The position numbers and the translations under genes are program-made. A stretch of 64,000 bases of DNA from Rebecca billardiae RCC1528 (Eukaryota > Protista > Haptophyta). Positions 54,288 to 64,000 of the stretch are shown in pieces. Location: the NCBI GenBank assembly GCA_965240325.2, contig OZ251228.1:2108001-2172000 (forward strand). Direction: 5' to 3'. Each line of letters begins with the position of its first letter. Within the stretch, counting starts at the first letter, position 1. Under the pieces are notes generated by a model that saw only the letters and a list, made by a program, of their open reading frames with translations, did no database searches and was not told the origin of the DNA.

Positions 54288-54932
54288 CGCAAACGCCGGT
54301 CGTGACTGGCAGCACGGTTTCGGCCGGACGGGCCCGGGCCCGGGCGGAGTGCCGGAGTGTTTCCGAGCGAGATCCGAGATGCAAGGATTACGATGGCGGC
54401 CGGCGGCCGGCACGATGACGATGACGATGGTGCCCGGCTGATCGAACTTGGTCGACGATGCCCAAGGCTTCGACGTCGATCCAAGGTCGTGATGTGATGG
54501 CGTGGCGCATCATTAGCTCACTCTCCGGTCTGGTGAGGCCAGCCGCGATTACTGTCGCGCCGCGGCTCACGCGACGCAGTGTATCACGGTATGGCCGTAC
54601 TGCCGGCCGCCGCCGCGGCCGCCGGCACGAGACACGAGTCACCGTCGGTGAGTGGCCTCATTGCCTGGTCCGCGTGGCCACCTCACACCTGGTGAGTGGC
54701 GTGACATTGACGCGCGCCGTATCCCCCCCCGCGATATGAGAAAAAACCCGATTCCAGCCTGTCTCGAGAGTCGAGCTGCAGCGTCCGCCTCCGGTCCGCG
54801 CGCCTTCAGGCTTCACACCGGCAGGCGTGTCGCAGAAGACTCAGGCAGGACCTGAAAGTGGAGAGGCGCAGTGCCGTCCCACACGCGCTGCTACACCCCG
54901 GCGGCAGCGCTCACGGCTCTGGGTGAGCGCGT

Positions 54933-55076
54933 CCGGCGTGAGCGCGTCGGCGCCCCAGACGGGCGCGCGGACGACAGGGCGCCCGACGCCGCACAGAGCC
55001 TCACTCGGTGTGCTCTGCGGCGCCGGGCGCCCCATCGTCCGCGTACTCGTCTGGGGCGCCGACGCGCTCACGCCGG
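54933..55076. repeat. ~66-bp imperfect inverted repeat with the channel gene's stop codon in its 12-nt loop
   Basis: 54933-54999 pairs with 55012-55076. The TCA (minus-strand TGA) is at 55001-55003. Confidence 0.85.
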
Positions 55077-58000
55077 CCCGACACATCGGGCTCATCCGCG
55101 CCATCCGCGGCAGCATGGCTGCCGTCCTCGCCCTCGCCCTCGGTGGCGGGCGCCGCAGAGCTGGGCTCGGGGGCTGCAGCCCAGTCGTGGGGCTCGAGTG
55201 CCGCCGAGCGCGCCTGCTGCGCGCGCGCGCCGCCCGTCAGCAGCAGCATCTCAAGGGACGGCCCGGGCACCGGGACAGAGCCGCGCCGCGCCTCTGCGCC
55301 TCGCTCGGCCTCGAGCTCCGGCTCCGCGCCGCCCTGCTGCTCTGGCAGCGCGATCGTGCGGTTCTGCTGCGCGTTCGCCTGCTGCAGCTCGGAGGCGAAG
55401 GTCGTGTCGAGCACCCACTCGAACGTGGAGCGCACGCCCTCCTGTAGCTGCACCAGCAGCGGCACCTGCGCCGCGGGGCGGGCGGGGCGGGGGCGGAGGC
55501 GAGGGCGGGGGCGGCGGCTCAGCGGCGGGTGTCGCGCGGCGCGCGAGAGAGGGGCGAGGCTGGGGTCTGCCCGGCACGCCTTGCGCCGCCGCTCGCTCGG
55601 GCCGCCGCGCGGCAGGCAGGGTGCGAGCAGCCGAGCTGCCCCCCCCGGCGGCGCCTGCGCGCGCGCACCTGCAGCCGCTTGAAGCTCTGCTCCATGTCGT
55701 ACACCGACGTGTATGCGTATGTCTCGAGGTCGGCCTCCCACTGCACGAGCGTGAGCTGGATCTCGGTCTTGCACTTGAGGTACCGCCCCTGGTGCGCGCG
55801 CGCGTAGTCCTTGAGCTCCGCCCAGAAGCGCGGCTGCACGTCCGAGATCACCTCCCCCTGGCGGCACGCGCGTGCGCACCGCGGCGGCGGGGGCGGCGGC
55901 GAGTAAGGGCGGAGGTGCGCGGGCGGATCGCGCGCGCGCGGTGCGCGCGTGAGCCTCGCGCGCCGCACACCTGCTCGGCCTCCAGCTTGAGCATCTGGTC
56001 GAGCCGCTTGCGCATGCGCCGCGCGCTGTGCGCCTCTGCGCGTATCCACTCACGCATTGACTCGATGGCGGCGAGCATGCGCTGCGCACGCGGTCGGCGC
56101 GGCGCGGGTGGCGGCGCGGGTCGGGTCGGGGCTGCGGTCAGGCGGCGGCGCGCGCGGCGCGCGGCGCTTGAGCCCGCGGCGGGAGCCAGCTGCGCGCCGC
56201 GCGCGCGCGCGCACCGCCTGGTCGGCCACCTTGCCCGCCTGCGCCGCCTGCCGCTCGTCCTCGTCATCTCGTACAATCTCGTGCACGAACGAGCTGCCGT
56301 CGTCCACGTGGTCTCCGCGCACGCCGCCCGCCGTCTCGATCAGCATGCGCACGACCGCGTGGCCGTGCCGCGTCGCGTCGTCGAGCGGCGTGTACCTGTA
56401 CCGGTCCTGCGCGTTCACCTCGATGTCCGGGAGGTGGAGCAGGTAGTCGGTGGCGGCGAGCCGGCCGTTGGACGCGGCGAGGTGCAGCGCGGTGCGCGCG
56501 TCATAGTCGGCCGAGTTGACCGCCAGCTGGTGTCGCACCAGCTTCTGCAGCGCGACGACGTCGTTGGCGGCGGCGGCGGCGCAGAAGGCGCCCGCCACGT
56601 CGAAGCGGCCCATCTCGCCGCCCGCGCCGAGCAGCAGCTCGGAGCACTCGTCGCGCTCGTGCGTGAAGGACTCCTGCAGCGGCGTGTGCCCCCAGCGGTC
56701 CTGCGCGTTCACGTCCGCCTTCGCCTCGAGCAGCAGCCGCACGTTGTCCGCGTGCCCCTCGGCCGCGGCGAGGTGGAGCGCGGTGCGCGAGTCGTAGTCG
56801 GCGGCGCTCGGCTCGCACTGAAACTCGAGCAGGTGGCGGATCTGCTCCGCGCCCTCCGCCGAGGCGGCGGCGGAGCACAGCCGCTCGGCGACGTCGGCGA
56901 TGCCGAGCTCGGCGCCGCGCGCGTACAGCAGCCGCGCGGCGTCGAGCCGCTTGTGCCGCAGCGCGTCCGCCAGCGGCGTGCCGTCGTACCGGTCGCGCAC
57001 GTTCACGTCCGCGTTGAGCGCGATCAGCAGCTCGATGGCGGGCACGTGGCCCTCGCTCGCCGCGAGGTGGATCGGGCGGCGCTTGTCGTAGTCGCCGTTG
57101 TTCAGGTCGAGCTTGGCGGAGGCGGCGATGCGCTGGATGGCGCTCACGTCGCCCTTGTGCGCCGCGTCGCACAGCTTGACCACGTGCGAGTTGCGCCGCT
57201 GCTCCTTGGCGTCGGCGATGGTGGAGGTGATGCGCGACATCGCGTCCTGCTGCTCGTGCGACTTGCGCGACACCGCCTCGGACGCGACGTCGCCCGAGGA
57301 GAGCCCAGTGGACGACTGGCCGCGCGAGACGCCGGAGACGCCCGAGCGCGCGGAGAAGGCGCCGCTCGTGTCGTACAGATCGACGCAGTTGGTCATCACC
57401 GCGTCCTCCTGCTCGGGGAAGAGCTTGAGCAGCAGCCGGTAGTCCTCCTGCGAGAGGGCGTACACCTTGGCCTCGCCGTCCGCCGACACCTTGGCCGAGT
57501 TGTGGTGCCGCAGCTTGAAGACGAACGAGAGCTCGCCCGCGGTGTTGCCCGCGGTGCACCACTTCACCACCTCGGTGCCGCCCTCCTCCAGCGTGTCGAA
57601 CACCTCGACCGCGCCCGCCGCCACGACAAAGAGCTGCTTGGACACGTCGTTGGTGCGGAACAGGAGCGTCTCCGGCTCGAGCGCCTGCTCGCGCAGCATC
57701 GACGAGCAGCGGTCGAGGAACGCCTCGGCGCAGCCCGCGACGAGCGGCACCTCCTCGAGCAGCGCGCGGTTGGTGTACCGGCAGATCTCGATCTGGAGCG
57801 AAAGCGGCAGCGCGTTGTAGATCTCCTCGTCCGACACGTGCGACAGCGACGACTTGTCCTCGAGCCGCGCGGCGAAGAAGGCGTCGATCTCGGCGCGCAG
57901 CTCGAGCGGCACGCGCGAGTGCGCGAGGTACGCCTGCACCTGCGTGCGCTGCCCGCGCTTCGAGACGATCTCGTCGTCCTGCTTCATCACGAGGTTGGAG

Positions 58001-61000
58001 ATCTCGCCGACGGCCCACGCGTACACCGTCAGGTTGGCGAGCAGGAACACGATGATCGTCACCACCTCCGCGTGGTTGGAGGGCGGCTGCACCAGCCCGA
58101 GCGTCGTGATCACGCTCTGCTCAAAGTAGAGCGAGGTCAGGTACTGCTCGAGCAGCGCGGACGCGCCCGACGAGGCGGAGTCCGGGAGCGGCACGCCGCC
58201 CACCGCCTCGACGTGCGCGTAGTACGCCGCGGGCCAGCGGTGCGCCGGGTCGTCCAGCCGCGCGGGCACCGACCGCCCCTCGAGCGCGATCGGGTGGCCG
58301 AGCAGGTTCCACACGCACGTGCCGACGTGCGCGCACGCGACGTACACGACCATCTTGGTCGCGAGGCCGAGGAGCAGGCTGTCGCTCGTGATCGAGCGGC
58401 ACCAGCGCGCGTACGCGTGCAGCAGGTCGCGCGCGGCGACGAGCCGGAGCAGCCGCGTGCACGCGACCGCGTACGGCTGCGCGCCTAGCGCGGCCAGGAA
58501 GTGATCCTGCGGCATCGCCGCGATCAGGTCGACCAAAAAGTCGGTCGCGAGGTAGTGCTTGCGCACCTTGCGCGCGCTGTACACGGTGACGGACTTGGCG
58601 TTCACGTACGAAGTGTTGAAGCCGACGGCCATCTTGAGCAGGTACAGCAGGTCGCACGCAATCTCGACAGCCGGCCACCACGCCAGCCTCGACACCTCGG
58701 CAAAGAAGCACAGCTTGACGGGCACCATCAGCGCGTTCCACAGCGTCGCGCACAGCACCGCGGCGCGCAGCCGGCGGTACGTGGCGGAGGTGTGCGGCAG
58801 CACGTGCCACGGCCGCTCCGAGGCGCCGCCGCGCCGCGCCGCGCCGCGCGCGCCGCCCGGCGCGCCGCCCAGCACCGACGCGGCGTGTGCAAGCAGGCCG
58901 CGCGCGCCGCCCGCGCGCGCGGCTGCGCGCGCGCCGCTCAGCGCGCGCCGCGCGCGCCACTGCACCCGCCCCAGCCCGGAGCGCGCGCTCGCGTCCGCGC
59001 TCGCGGCCAGCTCGTCCGCGTGCGCGCGCACCGCGCGCTCCAGCCGGCCCCACGAGACGGCGGTGGCGTCGGCGCCGCCGCTGCCCGCGTCGCGCAGCTC
59101 GAGGCCGAGCGCCGCGCTCGCCCACTGCGCCGCGTCGGCCGCGCTCAGCCGCGCGCCTGAGCCCCTGCGCTGCTCTGCGCCAAAGCTGCGCCGCTCCTGC
59201 GTGCCCGAGTGCTGCTGCAGGTTGGAGAGCGTGGCGGCGAGCGCGGCGGCGTCCGCCCGCTCGGACTTGGCGCTCGGGTCGCGCGCCCACCGCGCCGCGA
59301 TGGCGTCTGCGAGCTGCACGCACAACGTCGCGCTCATCGCCGCCGCCGCGGCTCCGTTGTCCGAGCCGCCGCCTCGGCCGCCGCCGAGCGAGAGCGCGTG
59401 GAAGATGAAGCCGTGAGGGGCGCCGGCGCTGCCGCTGCCGACGCTGCCGCGGCCGTCGGCGGCCGCGTCCGCGTTGGCCAGGTCGCCCGCGCGCAGGCTG
59501 CCCCTCCGCGGCGGCAGGTGCAGCGCGAGCATCGAGCCGGAGCCGCGCCGCGCGCCGCCGCCGCCGGGCGCGCCGCCGCCCGCCGTCGCCTCCGCCTCCC
59601 GCTCCGCAATGATCCACGAGGCCGTGCCGACGTAGAACTGCGTGCGCGTGATGATGAGCGGCTGGCCCGAGCGCGAGCCGGCGCGTCGGGCGCGGCGCGG
59701 CCGGGCGGCGTACCCCATCCCCGTGCTGGAGCCGCCCTCCCCCTCCTCGGCGTCCTCGTCCTCGTCTTCGCTGCTGCCGTCCTCGTCCGCGCCGCCGAGC
59801 GTGATCGACGCCTCGGTCAGGTAGCCGAGCAGCGCGCGGATCTCCTTGGCGCCCAGCTCGCCCGCGACGCCGTGCAGGTCGCGCATGTCCGCCGCGGCGA
59901 TCGCGCCGCGCTGCCGCACGTCGAGCACGCCGAACAGCTCGCGGATCAGCCCGACCGCCGAGCAGATCAGGTCGCGCCGCCGCTCGGCGGCCGTGAGCGG
60001 CGGCGGCTGCTCGGGCATCGACGCCGGCGCGGCGGCGCGCGAGGCGCGCGGCGCCGCCGCGGCGCTGAGCCTGTTGACGAAGCGGGCCGCGACCGGGCTG
60101 CCCGTGCGCGCGGAGGCGACGGGGCTGGGCACGCCCAGCAGCGCGCCGCGCCCGGACGCGTCCTCCTTGCTTCCCCCCTCGCTCGACTCCTTTGAGCGCG
60201 ACGTCTCCGTGCCGTTGCACAGCCGACGCCACCGCTCCGGCGGCATGTGCGACGGGCCCCAGTCCGGGGTGGAGTCCTTGGAGGAGTACGCGCTGTACCG
60301 GCCGGAGCTGTCCCGCCCCGGGGCCCTGGAGCTCAGCCGCTGCACCGACGCGGGCGTGAGCGCGCCCATCAGTCGGTTGAGCGCGCGCTCGCCGCCGCCG
60401 CTGTTGCGATGCCCAGGGTGCGGCGGCGGCTGCTCATCGAACGAGGTCTGCTTCGACGGCTCGAGGGGCGTGGAGGCGAGCGAGGCCGAGGCGGAGGCGC
60501 TGCCCTCGCCGTCCGCCGGCGGGCCGCCGGGCGCGAGTGCGCGCGCCCGGCCGTGCGCCGCACCCGCCGGCGCCGCGGGCTCGGCCGCCGCCGCGCGCCT
60601 CGCGCCCTCGCGCTCCGCCTTGGCCGCGGCCGAGCCGAGCGCGGCCAGGTGCTCGACAAAGGTGGGCGAGGTGAGGAGCACCTGCCAGCCCACGTCGGCG
60701 AGCGTGGTGTGGTGCGCCGCGTCGTACTCCGCGTCGTCGTCCGACTCGTCCGCGCGCCGCGCCTCGGAGGCGGCAGTGCTCGGGCTGCCGCTGCGGCCGG
60801 GCGCGCCCACGCCGGGCACGCTGCCGCGCCGCCGGCCGTCGGCGCCGGCCTCGACCGAGCCGCGGTGCGGGCGCTCGACGGAGGATCTGCGCGTCGCCTC
60901 GCGCCGCGCGCAGATGGCGAGGAGGGACGCCTCCATGCCCGCGCCCGCGCCCGCGGGCTCGTCGCCGCTGTACTGCGCGCTCGCGAAGCGCTGCGAGCTG

Positions 61001-64000
61001 AGGCGCGCTCTGCGCGAGGGTGATGGCTGCAGCTCAGACCCGCCGCGAGCGCCCGCCGCCGCCGTCGTCTCCTCCAGGGCGGCCGCGCTCAGGCCGCGCG
61101 GGCGCATGGGCGCGCCGAGCACCAGCGCGCCATCGGCCGCGGCAGCGCCGCCGCTCCCACCGCCATCGCCGCCGGGCACCCGCCCGCGCCGCGGCGCGTC
61201 CCGCCCGAGCAGCTGCTCCAGCTCGTCGTGCACCTCGGCGCACACGCGCGCGGCCGTGTGCACGTCTGCACCAAACGCCTCCCGGACGAGGGAGACGAGC
61301 GCGGCGTCCTGCGCGCTGGGCGAGCCGGGGACGTCGTCGAGCGCGTCGCTGAACATGGCGCGCAGCGCCTCGAGCCCGTCCGCCGCCTTCGGCAGCCGCA
61401 GGATCAGCGAGATGAACGACTTCTGCCCGGACTCGCGCCGCTTGGCCGCCGCGAGCGCCGTCGCCTGGCGGCGCCGGACGCCGGGCGACGCGTGCGCGGC
61501 CGCGCCGGCCGCGCCGCCGCGCCGCCTGCCCTGCAGCGAGGAGACGCTGCCGCGCCGCCGCGCGGGCACGCGCGCGTCGAGCGGCGCGCCCGCCGCCACT
61601 TCCTGCCGCTCCGGCTGCTGCGCGCCCGCCGAGAGCGTGGACGGCGCGGCTGAGAGCGAGCCATGCACCGGAGCTGCACCTGGAAGCTGAAGCAGCATGG
61701 CCGCCGCCGGAGCGCCGCCGCTGCCGTCGAGCGGCGGGCGCGCGAGCGCGGCCCCGCCCGCGCCCGGCGTGGCGAGCGGGTGCACGCGCCCGCCCGTCGC
61801 GCGCTCGGCCGCCGCCTCGACCGCACCCGCGCCCGCCGCCCGTCCGAGCCCGTCGGCGTGCGCCCTGCCGCCCTCCGCGGGCGCCGCGCCGTCGGCCGGG
61901 CTATCCGTGCTGTCCGCTGAGCGCCGGCTGCGGCGCGAGCCCCGCGAGGGGCGGTCGGAGCGCGCCGAGCGGCGCTGCGTGCGCTGCTCCCCGTGGCGCA
62001 GCTCCTCCTCGAACCCGCTCAGGTCGCGCTCGTCGTCGTCCGAGTCCTCCGCGCCGAGCACGGCCCGGTCGTCCTCGGCCGCGTACACCTGCACCCAGCG
62101 CGGCACGGCCTCGCCCAGCTTGCGGCACAACGGCTCAAACGAGCCGACCAGCTTGGCGACGTCGGAGATGAGCGACTCGAAGGCGACGCCGATCGCGCGC
62201 TTCGCCTGCTGCGACTCGCGCGCGAGCGCCTTCCGCCGCACCGAGCGCACCTGCAGCTGCCGCTCGAGCTCGTACACCGACAGCGCGCGCGCCTTGGCCA
62301 GGTCCGCGTCGAGCGCGCCCGACGCGGCGACCGCCGCGGGCAGCGTGCCGCCGTGCGCGAGCAGCAGCGCGGCGACCTCGTACGAGTGCTGCAGCGCGTC
62401 GACGAGCGGCGTGTTGCCCCACCGGTCCTTCGCGTTCACGTCCGCGCGCGCCGAGATCAGGTAGTCCACGGCGGACACCGAGCCGGCGCACGCCGCGAGG
62501 TGGAGCGCGGTGCGCGCGTCGTAGTCGCCCGCGTCCACGTCCAGCCCGCAGTGCACGAGCAGCCGCAGCCGGCCGATGTCGCCCGAGCCCGCGGACTCGC
62601 ACAGCCGCTCGGCGGAGGCCTCCTCGCTCGGCCGGCTGCCCGCGTCGTACAGCAGGTCGGTCACCAGCGCGCGCGAGTTCGTCATCGCGTCGTCCACCGG
62701 CGTGCGCCCCCAGCGGTCCTTGACGTTCACGTCGGCCAGCCGGCTGACGAGAAACTCGACCACGCGCACGTTGCCCTCGGCCGCGGCGAGGTGGAGCGCG
62801 GTGCGCCGGTCGTAGTCGCCCGCGTTGATCTCGAGGCCGTGCGAGAGGAGCGTCGCGATGTAGGTCACGTCGCCCGCCGACGCGGCGTTGCACAGCGCCG
62901 CCGCGGGCTGCTCGAGCTCGAGCTGCGCGCCGCGCTCGCGCAGCGCGGCCGCGACCGCCTCGTGCCTGCCCGACACGGCGTCCTTGATCGGCGCGCCGCC
63001 CCACCGGTCGGTGACGGTGGGGTTGGCGCCGAGGTCGCACAGCAGCTCGACGACCTTGACGTTGCCCTCGGCCGCCGCGAGGTGCAGCGTCGTCCGCCCG
63101 TCGTAGTCCGCCGCGTCGAGGTCGAGCCCCGACTGCGCGAGCGTGCGCACCGTCTCGACGTCGCCCTCGGACGCCGCGTACGTCATCTGCGACAGCGAGT
63201 CCTCGTTGCGCCGCAGGATGGCGTCGCGCACCGTCTGCCGCAGCCGCTCGAAGTCGTCCGCCTCGGACGAGTCGGCGCCGGCGGCGGGCGAGCTGCCGCC
63301 GGCCGCGCCGCCGGCGCCGCCGCCGCCGCCGCCGCGCGGCTGCTGCTGCGCGCTCAGGTCGTTGCCCGCCTTGTCGAGCGCCACGTGCCTTAGCATGTTG
63401 GAGAGCACCACCTCCGCCTGCTCGGGGAAGGCGTCGAGGATCTCGTCGTACGCGCCGCGCGTGAGGAGGAGGAGCGTGACGTCGCCCACGCCGGTGGCGG
63501 AGACGGTGTGCGGCTGGACGATGCCGAGGAAGAAGGAGAACTCGCCCACGACCGCGCTCTCGCCCACGTCCGAGCGGATCGTCGCGATGTGCACGTCCGC
63601 GGCGCGCACGTGCAGCGAGCCGGAGCGGCAGAAGAGCAGCTCGCGCGTGCCGTCGCCCTGCTTCCACAGCACCTCGTTGGGCATGACGTGGCGCTCCTTG
63701 AGCGCGATCACGACCTCGTTGAGGAACTGCGGCGCGGCGCCCTTGAACACCCACGCCGCCTCGATGTGCCGGCGGTACTGCGCCGACGCGACGCGCACCT
63801 TGAGCGAGTGCGGCAGCTGGCCAAACACGTGCGCGTGCGCCGACGACGCCTTTGAGTTTTGAAACTCAAAGTACGCGTGCAGCGCGCGCGCGAGCCGGGC
63901 GGGCAGCTTGCGCGCGCGCGCGTACTCGTCCACCGCGCGGAGCAGGTCCTTGTACCGCGCCGTCCCCTCGTCCGTGCGGAAGAGGTAGTGGAAGAGCGTG
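55001..64000 (-). CDS. Giant tandem cyclic-nucleotide-binding/ankyrin cation channel (Shaker/SKOR-like modules x2), 5' partial; 3' introns 56082-56214, 55858-55970, 55466-55668
   Basis: Frame is open to the window end (end of first S6: TLFHYLFRTDEG). Order: C-linker, CNBD (GEFSF), ankyrins (DYDGRTTLHLAAAEG), long linker, 6-TM unit (YLATDFLVDLIAAMP; YLTSLYF...ITTLG), CNBD (GELSF), ankyrins. Spliced tail ends at TGA 55001. Confidence 0.85.

Noticed and set aside
54871-63393. Long plus-strand ORFs (1205, 614, 466 aa and others)
   Set aside because: Antisense shadows of the channel gene, caused by stop-codon scarcity at very high GC.

Overview
Very GC-rich eukaryotic nuclear DNA with short spliceosomal introns (GTGCG donors, CAG acceptors, CTRAY-like branch sites), (TA)n microsatellites and bipartite plastid-targeting presequences. 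This fits an alga with a secondary plastid, most likely a haptophyte such as Diacronema/Pavlova (inference). About 17 protein genes can be supported: coiled-coil protein, DUF1990, sulfotransferase-like, three 2OG-Fe(II) oxygenase genes, COPI-associated membrane protein, aspartic protease, plastid sigma factor, calpain, Tat-type lumenal protein, MFS transporter, SGNH protein, EF-hand protein, TBL-like O-acetyltransferase, S28 peptidase, a giant tandem CNBD/ankyrin channel, and the gene below. The standout is 13074-16583. After removing one in-frame intron it reads as an 8-TM microbial-rhodopsin domain (RWCEW helix C, DVTAK retinal lysine) fused to PAS-like, atypical histidine kinase, receiver and pseudo-HPt domains: a candidate one-protein light-sensing two-component system. 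Other highlights: a calpain carrying GRF zinc finger, UIM, SIM and VBM-like motifs (Wss1/SPRTN-like logic); three non-autonomous elements with asymmetric terminal inverted repeats plus a 3' hairpin (rolling-circle-like; one has a paralogous empty site in the window); a foldback element with 1-kb arms and a 9-bp TSD; a 5-nt microexon supplying an EF-hand Glu12; and a channel pore lacking GYG. All assignments come from reading motifs by eye. No database searches were run.
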